Part shown: positions 9,209-16,944 of the stretch, piece after piece
Numbering within the stretch: position 1 is the stretch's first letter
How the letters are laid out: each line of letters opens with the position of its first letter
Assembly: GCA_031274845.1 (NCBI GenBank)
Contig: JAISPN010000209.1
Span: 1 to 39,037, forward strand
DNA from: Acidobacteriaceae bacterium
Lineage (GTDB): Bacteria; Acidobacteriota; Vicinamibacteria; Vicinamibacterales; CAVVIG01
Length of the DNA stretch: 39,037 bases
Direction of reading: 5' to 3'
The notes under the pieces: generated by a model
The model's input: only the letters and a program-made list of their open reading frames with translations
Told to the model about the DNA's origin: nothing
The model's database searches: none
Program-made: the position numbers and the translations under genes

Positions 9209-9606
9209 CCGATCGATCCCCGCCGTGCAACCACCGTTTTGGCCGGCGGCGACGCCGGCACGACCCGTTCGATGACGATGGCCTCCTTCTGCGAGGGAGC
9301 CACCAGGTGCAACGTCTTCGTCGCGAATTCTTCGACCCGCTGCGGCGCGGTGAGCGTCTGGATTTCAAGCCGGAGGCGGCGCGCCGTGTCCTCTTCGGCC
9401 GCCTTCTCCCGCTGCATCTGCTCGATGCGGTAGCCGTACTGCAGAAACTCGAACTGCTGCCACGCCCAGCCAAGCAGCAAGACGACGAACAGACCGGCGA
9501 ATCCAACCGACCGCCACAGCTCGCGCTGACGCGCCTCGTCAACTTCGCGCACGATCGGGTTGTTCTTCACGTCCTTGCGGATCGCGTACTCGAACGATTC
9601 AGCCAT
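9205..9606 (-). CDS. ftsL: Cell division protein FtsL-like (small bitopic membrane protein)
   Basis: 133-aa ORF with a single TM helix (VGFAGLFVVLLLGWAW) followed by a charged coiled-coil-like stretch. Positioned between rsmH and ftsI with start/stop overlaps on both sides. Confidence 0.7.
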   Translation of the reverse strand: MAESFEYAIRKDVKNNPIVREVDEARQRELWRSVGFAGLFVVLLLGWAWQQFEFLQYGYRIEQMQREKAAEEDTARRLRLEIQTLTAPQRVEEFATKTLHLVAPSQKEAIVIERVVPASPPAKTVVARRGSIG

Positions 9607-10490
9607 CAGGCCACCCGCTCCGCGGCCCTGAGCTTGGCGCTCCGGGCGCGTGGATTTGCCGCCACTTCGTCCTCGCCGGCCATGACCGGCTTCTTCGTCA
9701 ACACCTTGATGAGCGCGGTGCTCTGCTCAAGCGCACGAAAGGTGTGCTTGACGAGACGATCCTCCAGCGAGTGAAAGCTGATGATCACGACACGCGCGCC
9801 GATCGCCAGCCGCCGGACGAGCGATTCGATGAACCGATCGAGCCCGTCGAGCTCACGATTCACCCAGATGCGAAGCGCCTGAAACGTTCGCGTCGCCGGA
9901 TCGATGCGCACGTATCCACGACGCGGCACCGAACCGCGCACGATCGACGCCAGATGCCCCGTGGTCTCGATTGGCGATTCGTGACGCGCGCGAACGATCG
10001 CGCGAGCGATACGTCGAGAAAACCGCTCCTCGCCAAACTGGTAGATCACATCGGCCAGTTCTTCTTCGCTGGCCTCGGCGACAAGCGCCGAGACAGGACG
10101 GCCGGATGAACGATCCATCCGCATGTCGAGCGGCTCGTCACGTTGAAAGCTGAACCCGCGCCCCGGCGCATCGAGCTGCATCGAAGAGACGCCGAGATCG
10201 GCGAGCGCGCCGTCAACCGCGCCAATGTGACGCGCATCGAGCACCTCGTCGATCGAGCGATAGTCGGCGTGCACGAGATCCACGCGATCGCCGTACAGCG
10301 ACAGGCGCTGTCCTGCCTCCTCGAGCGCGACCGTGTCCCGATCGATGCCGACGACACGCGTCGCGCCAGCGCCAAGGAGCGCGGCCGTGTGTCCGCCGAG
10401 GCCGAGCGTGCAATCGACGAACAGTCCGCCACGCTCGGGACGCAGATAGGCGAGCGATTCCGCCGCGAGCACGGAAATGTGCGCGCTCAT
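9606..10490 (-). CDS. rsmH: 16S rRNA (cytosine1402-N4)-methyltransferase RsmH (MraW)
   Basis: 294-aa ORF with FVDCTLGLGGHT, DLGVSSMQLD and ISFHSLEDR motifs. ATGA overlap with the mraZ stop. Confidence 0.93.
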   Translation of the reverse strand: MSAHISVLAAESLAYLRPERGGLFVDCTLGLGGHTAALLGAGATRVVGIDRDTVALEEAGQRLSLYGDRVDLVHADYRSIDEVLDARHIGAVDGALADLGVSSMQLDAPGRGFSFQRDEPLDMRMDRSSGRPVSALVAEASEEELADVIYQFGEERFSRRIARAIVRARHESPIETTGHLASIVRGSVPRRGYVRIDPATRTFQALRIWVNRELDGLDRFIESLVRRLAIGARVVIISFHSLEDRLVKHTFRALEQSTALIKVLTKKPVMAGEDEVAANPRARSAKLRAAERVA

Positions 10491-10927
10491 ATCCCGAACT
10501 CCGAGAGCGCTCGCGCGTCATCGTCGGTGTACGGCTCGCGCTGCAACTTCGTGAGGAAGCGATCGTGATTCCAGACGTCGAGATACGTGACTTGACCCAG
10601 GACGTCGACGTCACCGCTCATCGTCGCCGCTTCGCGCAGCCGGAGTGGAATGAGGACGCGCCCCTGCGTATCGAGTTCGCCGAGCTGACCGAAGTAGTTG
10701 ACGCGATCGAGAAAGCGGAGTTTCGACGGATTCGTCGACGGCATCTGCGCGAGCTTCTGTTCGAGCTCCAGCCACACCGGCATCGGGTAGATGCGGACGT
10801 ACTCTCCCGTCAGGCTCGTGAGAAACAGTTCGCGGCCGTACTTCGACTCAATCGAGGCGCGAAATGCGTTCGGCACCTTGATGCGTCCTTTTTCGTCGAT
10901 GCGTGCAGGTGCGTTCCCTCTAAACAC
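10487..10927 (-). CDS. mraZ: Transcriptional regulator MraZ
   Basis: 146-aa ORF. The GTG start gives MFRGNAPARIDEKGRIKVP, the canonical MraZ N-terminus, and a second DTQGRVLIP repeat is present. First gene of the dcw cluster. GGAG sits 9 nt upstream of the GTG. Confidence 0.93.
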   Translation of the reverse strand: MFRGNAPARIDEKGRIKVPNAFRASIESKYGRELFLTSLTGEYVRIYPMPVWLELEQKLAQMPSTNPSKLRFLDRVNYFGQLGELDTQGRVLIPLRLREAATMSGDVDVLGQVTYLDVWNHDRFLTKLQREPYTDDDARALSEFGI

Positions 10928-10936
10928 GCACTACCG

Positions 10937-10961
10937 CTCCATTTTTGGCCACAAATTTCCA
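10937..10961 (-). promoter_or_regulatory. Three direct TGGNN repeats with exact 10-bp phasing (TGGAA-N5-TGGCC-N5-TGGAG), candidate MraZ operator
   Basis: Read on the minus strand between the predicted -10 box and the mraZ start: cgtcgTGGAAatttgTGGCCaaaaaTGGAGcggtagtgcGTG. The third repeat overlaps the Shine-Dalgarno sequence. Confidence 0.45.
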
Positions 10962-10966
10962 CGACG

Positions 10967-10996
10967 ATAGTAGGAGTAGGTGCCAAAGGGTGTCAA
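10967..10996 (-). promoter_or_regulatory. Sigma70-type promoter for the dcw operon (Pmra): -35 TTGACA, 18-nt spacer, -10 TACTAT
   Basis: The minus strand reads TTGACAccctttggcacctactccTACTAT. The -35 is at plus-strand coordinates 10991-10996 and the -10 at 10967-10972, about 40 nt upstream of the mraZ GTG. Confidence 0.5.
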
Positions 10997-11087
10997 CCGC
11001 AAAAGTCGACGAATCAGTAGGTTACGCCAAACATTCGCTCTTTAATCGCCGCCCGGTTATTCTGTCGAACGACCAACACTGGCGGCT

Positions 11088-12020
11088 ATGCTCGTGCTGC
11101 ACTTGGACCTGCGTTATTCTTTGACGTTCACCGCAGCCCGAGCAGCCCATACCACCTTGAGCGACCTTGCGACGCGCACGTCGATTATCATCCCAGCGTT
11201 CAATGAGGCGCACGCCGTCGGCACGCTTGTACACGCGCTCCGCTCAACCGCCACGTGGAAGGAAATTCTCGTCGTCGATGATGGATCGAGCGACGAGACG
11301 GGCGAACGTGCCGCATCCGCCGGTGCGCGCGTGTTGAAACATCCGTACAACAAGGGCAACGGGGCGGCCGTCAAGACCGGGATTCGCAACGCCACCGGAG
11401 AGTTCGTCCTCGTCGTCGACGCTGACGGACAACACCAGCCAGACGATGCGTTGCGGCTTGTAAACCGATTGGCGGACTATGAACTGGTCGTCGGCGCGCG
11501 GTCAGCGGCAACGCAGGCGAGCACGGCGCGGCGTCTTGGCAACTTCGCCTTGAACCGGATCGCCACGTTCATGAGCGGACGGCCGATTCCCGACTTGACG
11601 TCAGGGTTTCGCGCCGCGCATCGCGATCGCATCCTTGAATTTCTGCACCTCGTGCCCAACGGATTCTCGACGCCCACGACCACAACGCTCTGCTTTATTC
11701 GCGCGGGCTACAGCGTCGATTTCGTGCCGATTCACGCCGCGCAGCGGCAAGGACGTTCGAAGATCAAGCTCGGCTCAGACGGCGCGCGGTTCTTCTTGAT
11801 CCTCCTGAAAGTGATCACGCTCTTCAGTCCGCTGCGGATCTTCGTGCCCGTCAGTCTGACCCTGCTGACCGGCGGCGCCGCCTATGCGGTCTGGACGATC
11901 GCAACGCAGTCTCATGTGACCAATTCCTCCGTGTTGCTCATTCTCGCCAGCATCGTGACGTTCCTCATCGGTCTGGTGTCGGAGCAGATTGCGGCGCTTC
12001 GATTCGAGAGGCCGCGATGA
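11088..12020 (+). CDS. GT2 glycosyltransferase of the polyprenyl-phosphate sugar synthase type (ArnC/GtrB-like, two C-terminal TM helices)
   Basis: 310-aa ORF with IIIPAFNE...VVDDGSSDET...VVDADGQHQP GT-A motifs plus two hydrophobic C-terminal helices, the same architecture as ArnC/GtrB. The exact start is uncertain: ATG 11088 lies about 30 codons before the conserved core. Confidence 0.85.
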   Translation: MLVLHLDLRYSLTFTAARAAHTTLSDLATRTSIIIPAFNEAHAVGTLVHALRSTATWKEILVVDDGSSDETGERAASAGARVLKHPYNKGNGAAVKTGIRNATGEFVLVVDADGQHQPDDALRLVNRLADYELVVGARSAATQASTARRLGNFALNRIATFMSGRPIPDLTSGFRAAHRDRILEFLHLVPNGFSTPTTTTLCFIRAGYSVDFVPIHAAQRQGRSKIKLGSDGARFFLILLKVITLFSPLRIFVPVSLTLLTGGAAYAVWTIATQSHVTNSSVLLILASIVTFLIGLVSEQIAALRFERPR

Positions 12021-12763
12021 GCCGCTCGGCGCTGGTCGTCATCCCGACGTACAACGAGCGCGCCAACGTGCCGACGCTCGTCGCTGGACTCATGGCGCAC
12101 GAGAACGTGCGCGTGCTGATTGTTGACGATCAATCTCCCGACGGCACCGGCACGGTCGCCGAAGAACTCGCCGCGCAACATCCGAATCGCATCATGGTGC
12201 TGCACCGCACCGGCAAGCGCGGCTTCGGCCGGTCGTACATTGACGGCATGCGGCTCGCGCTCAACGAACCGGTCGATGTCGTCTGCCAGATGGACGCCGA
12301 CCTCTCGCACGATCCGCGGCAACTGCCGGATTTAATCGCGGCGACGGACCACGCGGACGTCGTGATCGGCTCCCGCTATGTACCCGGTGGCGCGATCCTG
12401 AACTGGCCGATGAAACGCCGCGTGTTGAGCCGCGTCGCGAACATCTACATCCGCACCGTCACCCGGCTGAGCGTGCGCGACTGCACGACGGGCTATCGCT
12501 GCTGGCGCAAGACGGCGCTGGCCACGCTGCCACTCGACCAGTTCATCTCCGACGGCTACTCGTTTCTCGTCGAGATGCTGTTCATCGCCGCAAGGCGAGG
12601 CTGCCGCATCACCGAAGTCCCGATCACCTTTGTCGAACGGCGCGAAGGCGAGTCAAAAGTATCGCGAGCGGTGTTGCTCGAATCGGCGATCACGCCGTGG
12701 CGTTTGATCTCGAATCCGGAAAGCAGTCGCAAGGCGCGCCGCTCAGAGAGTTCGACAGACTAG
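12017..12763 (+). CDS. GT2 glycosyltransferase, polyprenol-phosphate mannose synthase (Dpm1/Ppm1)-like, soluble
   Basis: 248-aa ORF with VVIPTYNERANV...IVDDQSPDGT...QMDADLSHDP motifs typical of Dpm1-type enzymes. ATGA overlap with the upstream GT2. Confidence 0.85.
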   Translation: MSRSALVVIPTYNERANVPTLVAGLMAHENVRVLIVDDQSPDGTGTVAEELAAQHPNRIMVLHRTGKRGFGRSYIDGMRLALNEPVDVVCQMDADLSHDPRQLPDLIAATDHADVVIGSRYVPGGAILNWPMKRRVLSRVANIYIRTVTRLSVRDCTTGYRCWRKTALATLPLDQFISDGYSFLVEMLFIAARRGCRITEVPITFVERREGESKVSRAVLLESAITPWRLISNPESSRKARRSESSTD

Positions 12764-12769
12764 AGAGCC

Positions 12770-13786
12770 GTGATGGACTATCGCGAATTCTACCGGGGAC
12801 GCCGCGTGATGATCACGGGCGGCCTCGGCTTCATCGGCAGCAACCTCGCGCGGCAACTCGTGGCCCTTGGCGCCGACGTGCTGCTCGTCGACGCGCTGAT
12901 TCCCGATTACGGCGGCAACCTGTTCAACATCAACGGCATTGCAGAACGCCTCCGCATCAGCGTCGCTGACGTGCGCGAAGCGAGCATGATGAATCATCTC
13001 GTGCGCAACCGAGAGGTCATCTTCAACCTCGCCGGTCAGGTGAGTCACATCGACAGCATGAAAGACCCGCACGCGGATCTCGAGATCAATTGCCATAGCC
13101 ACCTGACGCTGCTCGAAGCGTGCCGCCACCACAACCCGGACGCGAAGGTCGTCTACGCCGGCACCCGGCAGATCTACGGCCGATCCGAATCGTTGCCGGT
13201 CACCGAAGCGCACCTCGTCAACCCCACCGACGTCAACGGCATCAACAAGGCGGCCGGCGAGCAATATCATCTCGTCTACAACAACGTCTTCCACGTACGC
13301 GCCTGCTCGCTCCGGCTGACGAACGTGTACGGACCGCGGCAGTTGATTCGTCACAACCGCCAAGGCTTCATCGGCTGGTTCATCCGTCTCGCGCTCGAAA
13401 ATCGCACCATCCAGATCTACGGTGACGGCTCTCAGCTCCGCGATTTCGTGTACGTCGACGATGCGGCCGATGCCTTTTTGCGGGCTGGCGCCACCGACGC
13501 GTGCAACGGCCAGGCCTTCAACGTCGGCGGCACGCACGCCATCAGCCATCGTGATTTGACGACGCTGCTCATCGACATCGCCGGCACGGGACGCGTCGAG
13601 TACATCGAGTGGCCGTGCGAGAAAAAAGCCATCGACATCGGCGACTTCTATGCCGATTCGTCCAAGATGATCACCGCCACCGGTTGGCAGCCAACCGTGG
13701 ATCTGCATGAAGGATTGACGCACACGCTCGCCTTCTACCGTGAGCACTTCAATCACTACGCCGCCGAGGAGACGAAACAGGCGTGA
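12770..13786 (+). CDS. Extended short-chain dehydrogenase/reductase (NAD-dependent epimerase/dehydratase family) with a non-canonical N-x-x-x-K active site
   Basis: 338-aa ORF with a VMITGGLGFIGSNL Rossmann motif. Where the family has PYGxSK, this protein reads VNGINK (AAC at 13235-13237, AAG at 13247-13249). The start is GTG 12770 or ATG 12773. Confidence 0.85.
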   Translation: MMDYREFYRGRRVMITGGLGFIGSNLARQLVALGADVLLVDALIPDYGGNLFNINGIAERLRISVADVREASMMNHLVRNREVIFNLAGQVSHIDSMKDPHADLEINCHSHLTLLEACRHHNPDAKVVYAGTRQIYGRSESLPVTEAHLVNPTDVNGINKAAGEQYHLVYNNVFHVRACSLRLTNVYGPRQLIRHNRQGFIGWFIRLALENRTIQIYGDGSQLRDFVYVDDAADAFLRAGATDACNGQAFNVGGTHAISHRDLTTLLIDIAGTGRVEYIEWPCEKKAIDIGDFYADSSKMITATGWQPTVDLHEGLTHTLAFYREHFNHYAAEETKQA

Positions 13787-14877
13787 GCGGGACGATTCCG
13801 TGTACGCGTGTCGGTCTCGCCGAAGATGCGGACAGCGTACACGCCGCCATCGCGCGCGTCGTCGACAGCCGCTGGTACGTGCTCGGCCCTGAAGTCGAGG
13901 CGTTCGAGGCGGAGTTTGCCTCGGCGTCTGGCGCACGCCATGCGGTTGGCGTCGGGAACGGCACCGATGCCATCGCCATCGCCCTGCGCGCGCTGGGCGT
14001 TGGCCCCGGAGACGAAGTGATCACCACGCCGTTGTCGGCCGCGTACACCGCGCTCGCGGTCCGCATGCTTGGCGCAATCCCGGTGTTTGCCGATATCGAC
14101 GCCGCGCGCTTCACGATCGATCCGGACAAGGTGGAGCGCGCGATTACGCCGAAAACCCGCGCGCTTCTGCCGGTCCACCTGTACGGGCAAGCGGCGGAGA
14201 TGACGCGCCTTGAAGCGATCGCGTCACGCTACCACCTTGCGATGGTGGAAGACTGCGCGCAAGCGCATCTTGCGACCGTCGATGGACAGCCCGCCGGCAC
14301 GATCGGTCACGCAGGCACCTTCAGCTTCTACCCGACAAAGAACCTCGGCGCGCTGGGCGACGGTGGCGCAATCGTCACAAACGACAGCGCGCTTGCCGAG
14401 ACGATGAAGCGCCTTCGCAACGGCGGACAGTCGACGCGCTATCGTCATGACGTTGCCGGCGTCAACTCACGGCTCGACGAATTGCAGGCAGCCGTGCTGC
14501 GCGCGCGTCTGCCGTATCTCCCCGCATGGACCGAGGCGCGACGCCGCATCGCTTCGTCGTACCGCGAACGTCTCGCTGGCAGCCACCTGACACTCCCCGC
14601 GGAGATCGCGCCGGGACATGTGTATCATCTGTTTGTCGTGCAGAGCTCGCGGCGTGATGCCCTGCAGGCGCACCTCAAGGCGCAAGGCATTGAAACGCTG
14701 ATCCACTATCCGTTTCCGATTCCAGAGCAGCCAGCGTTTGCCGACACGCCCAGCGTCGCGTGCCCCGCGACGAAAGCGGCGTGCCAGATGATCCTGTCGC
14801 TGCCGATGTTTCCACAACTCACGGACGCCGCAATCACGCGCATTGCCGACGCCGTCTACTCATTCGAAGAGGCATAA
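13783..14877 (+). CDS. DegT/DnrJ/EryC1/StrS-family PLP-dependent nucleotide-sugar aminotransferase
   Basis: 364-aa ORF with GNGTDAIAIAL and FSFYPTKNLGALGDGGAIVTND (PLP lysine) motifs. GTGA overlap with the upstream SDR. Confidence 0.9.
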   Translation: MSGTIPCTRVGLAEDADSVHAAIARVVDSRWYVLGPEVEAFEAEFASASGARHAVGVGNGTDAIAIALRALGVGPGDEVITTPLSAAYTALAVRMLGAIPVFADIDAARFTIDPDKVERAITPKTRALLPVHLYGQAAEMTRLEAIASRYHLAMVEDCAQAHLATVDGQPAGTIGHAGTFSFYPTKNLGALGDGGAIVTNDSALAETMKRLRNGGQSTRYRHDVAGVNSRLDELQAAVLRARLPYLPAWTEARRRIASSYRERLAGSHLTLPAEIAPGHVYHLFVVQSSRRDALQAHLKAQGIETLIHYPFPIPEQPAFADTPSVACPATKAACQMILSLPMFPQLTDAAITRIADAVYSFEEA

Positions 14878-14878
14878 C

Positions 14879-15841
14879 GTGCGGATACTGATTACGGGAG
14901 GAGCCGGGTTCATCGGCTCACATTTGTCCGAAGCGCTGCTCGACGCCGGGCACGAAGTTTCGATTCTCGACAACCTGTCGACCGGATCGATCGACAACAT
15001 CGCGCACCTGAAAGCGAGACCCGGCTTCACGTATCACATCGACTCGGTGAACAACGAGCCGTTACTCGCCGAGCTCATCGACCATGCGGATGTGGTCTTC
15101 CACTTCGCGGCCGCGGTCGGGGTCAAGCTGATCGTCGAACAGCCGGTCCACACGATCGAGACCAACGTCCACGGCACCGAAGTGGTGCTGAAGCACGCCA
15201 ACAAAAAGAAGAAGCTGGTCGTCATCGCGTCGACATCCGAGGTGTACGGCAAGAGCGGCAATGTCCCGTTCAGCGAAGACTCCGACCTCGTCATGGGGCC
15301 GACGCCGAAGCACCGGTGGGCGTACGCCTGCAGCAAGGCCATCGACGAATTTCTGGCGCTTGCCTACTGGAAAGAACGCAAGCTGCCGGTGATCATCGTG
15401 CGGTTCTTCAACACCGTCGGTCCGCGGCAGACCGGACAGTACGGCATGGTGATTCCCAATTTCGTCCGGCAGGCGATCGCCGGCGAGCCGGTGACGGTGT
15501 TTGGCGACGGTACGCAGTCGCGCTCGTTCACGCACGTGGCCGATGTGGTCCGCGCGCTCATCACGCTCATCACCGAACCTCGCGCGGTCGGTCAGGTCAT
15601 CAACATCGGAAACACGGAAGAGATCAGCATCCGCGCGCTCGCCGAGCGCATCCTGGCGGCCACGGGCTCCGCCTCGCCGATTCGCCTGATCCCCTACGAC
15701 GAAGCGTATGAATCGGGCTTCGAAGACATGCCGCGACGGGTGCCGGATTTGACGAAGATCCACCAGATGATCGGCTACGAACCTCGTCACACGCTCGACG
15801 ACATCCTCCGCGACGTCATCGAATCGTTCCGTAAGCGGTGA
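14879..15841 (+). CDS. Extended SDR, ArnA-decarboxylase/UXS-like (candidate UDP-glucuronate decarboxylase)
   Basis: GTG at 14879, 1 nt after the upstream TAA, gives MRILITGGAGFIGSHL. The listed start at 14843 lies inside the previous gene. STSEVYG and RWAYACSK motifs resemble the ArnA C-domain (TSEVYG, RWxYSVSK). Canonical YxxxK is present. Confidence 0.8.
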   Translation: MRILITGGAGFIGSHLSEALLDAGHEVSILDNLSTGSIDNIAHLKARPGFTYHIDSVNNEPLLAELIDHADVVFHFAAAVGVKLIVEQPVHTIETNVHGTEVVLKHANKKKKLVVIASTSEVYGKSGNVPFSEDSDLVMGPTPKHRWAYACSKAIDEFLALAYWKERKLPVIIVRFFNTVGPRQTGQYGMVIPNFVRQAIAGEPVTVFGDGTQSRSFTHVADVVRALITLITEPRAVGQVINIGNTEEISIRALAERILAATGSASPIRLIPYDEAYESGFEDMPRRVPDLTKIHQMIGYEPRHTLDDILRDVIESFRKR

Positions 15842-15869
15842 CCGTTTCCCGACCGTATACTGGGACGTC

Positions 15870-16469
15870 ATGCGCTTGGGCTCTCTTCTCGTCGCGACGG
15901 GCGCGCTGCTGATAGCGGCGCTCCCCGCGTCTGCCGAAGTCCATCTGAGGCTGGCAAACGGCCGGGCCACGCTGTCGGCAACAAGCGCGACGCCGTCGCA
16001 AATCCTCTCCGAATGGGCGCGCGTCGGCCATACGACAATCGTCAACGCGGAACGCGCCACCGGCGCGCCGCTCACGATCGAACTCGCCGACATCCCTGAA
16101 GCGCAGGCGCTCGACATCATCCTTCGCGGCGTCAGCGGCTATATCCTCGCGCCGCGCGCGGACATCGTTCCCGCCGCCTCACAGTACGACCGCATCTTCA
16201 TCGCCGTGGTGACGACGCCCGCGCGCCCAGCGCCGCCGGTTGCGCCACCACCCGCGGCGCCACCAGCGGCACCGAACGTCCAGCCGCCGGCACCGGAACC
16301 GGTCGCGCCACCGGCCAATCCTCAGGCAGCGCCCGTCGCGCCCACGCCGCGTATCGCGCCGCCAACGTCGGGCGGTGTCCCGGCTGGCGTGGCCGCGCCC
16401 GGGATGATGGCGCCGACGCCTCAACCACCACCACAGACGCCAGGTAGCGCGCCTGCTTCACCGCAGTAA
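15870..16469 (+). CDS. Secreted hypothetical protein: signal peptide, ~85-aa STN-like globular domain, ~90-aa Pro/Ala-rich tail
   Basis: 199-aa ORF with a signal peptide and an ASA/EV cleavage-type site. The segment PSQILSEWARVGHTTIVNAERATGAPLTIELADIPEAQALDIILRGVSGY resembles secretin/TonB short N-terminal (STN) domains. The C-terminal 90 aa are low-complexity P/A. Confidence 0.6.
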   Translation: MRLGSLLVATGALLIAALPASAEVHLRLANGRATLSATSATPSQILSEWARVGHTTIVNAERATGAPLTIELADIPEAQALDIILRGVSGYILAPRADIVPAASQYDRIFIAVVTTPARPAPPVAPPPAAPPAAPNVQPPAPEPVAPPANPQAAPVAPTPRIAPPTSGGVPAGVAAPGMMAPTPQPPPQTPGSAPASPQ

Positions 16470-16489
16470 ACCTAAGTAAACCTACCGCC

Positions 16490-16939
16490 ATGACACTCGA
16501 CGACATCACACACGCCATCTCGGACGCCATGCGTCAGCACGACGCGGTACGCCTCAGCACGCTTCGCATGTTGAAAGCGGCGCTCATGAATCGCGAAGTC
16601 GCCAAAGGACGCGCGCTCGACGCGGCGGAATCGCTGCAGGTCGTCGCCGCGCTCGTCAAACAACGGCGCGACTCGATCGAGCAGTTCGCAAAAGGCGGAC
16701 GTCAGGATCTCGTGGACAAGGAAACGGCGGAGATTGCCGTCCTCGAATCGTATCTGCCACCTGCCGCCGATCCGGCGGCGATCGAATCCGCGGTTGATGC
16801 CGCCATCGCCGAAACCGGTGCCACGTCGGTGAAAGACATGGGCCGCGTGATGAAGGCGACGCTGGCGCGGCTGGCCGATCAGAGCGTCGACGGCAAAGCG
16901 GTCAACGAGATGGTCAAGAAGAAGCTCGCTGGCGCCTGA
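16490..16939 (+). CDS. yqeY: GatB/YqeY-domain protein
   Basis: 149-aa ORF. AMRQHDAVRLSTLRMLKAAL...QRRDSIEQFAKGGRQDLVDKE..EIAVLESYLP is the typical YqeY pattern. Confidence 0.85.
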   Translation: MTLDDITHAISDAMRQHDAVRLSTLRMLKAALMNREVAKGRALDAAESLQVVAALVKQRRDSIEQFAKGGRQDLVDKETAEIAVLESYLPPAADPAAIESAVDAAIAETGATSVKDMGRVMKATLARLADQSVDGKAVNEMVKKKLAGA

Positions 16940-16944
16940 CGCGT

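Noticed and set aside
16200-16440. Repetitive CCG/CCA-rich DNA that might look like a tandem repeat or CRISPR-like array.
   Set aside because: It is the coding sequence of the Pro/Ala-rich tail of the secreted protein. There are no regularly sized repeats or spacers.
16465-16484. Perfect 10-bp tandem duplication, agtaaaccta x2, spanning the stop codon of the Pro-rich protein.
   Set aside because: It is real in the sequence but tiny and is most simply a slippage duplication in a 20-nt spacer. I can attach no functional signal to it.
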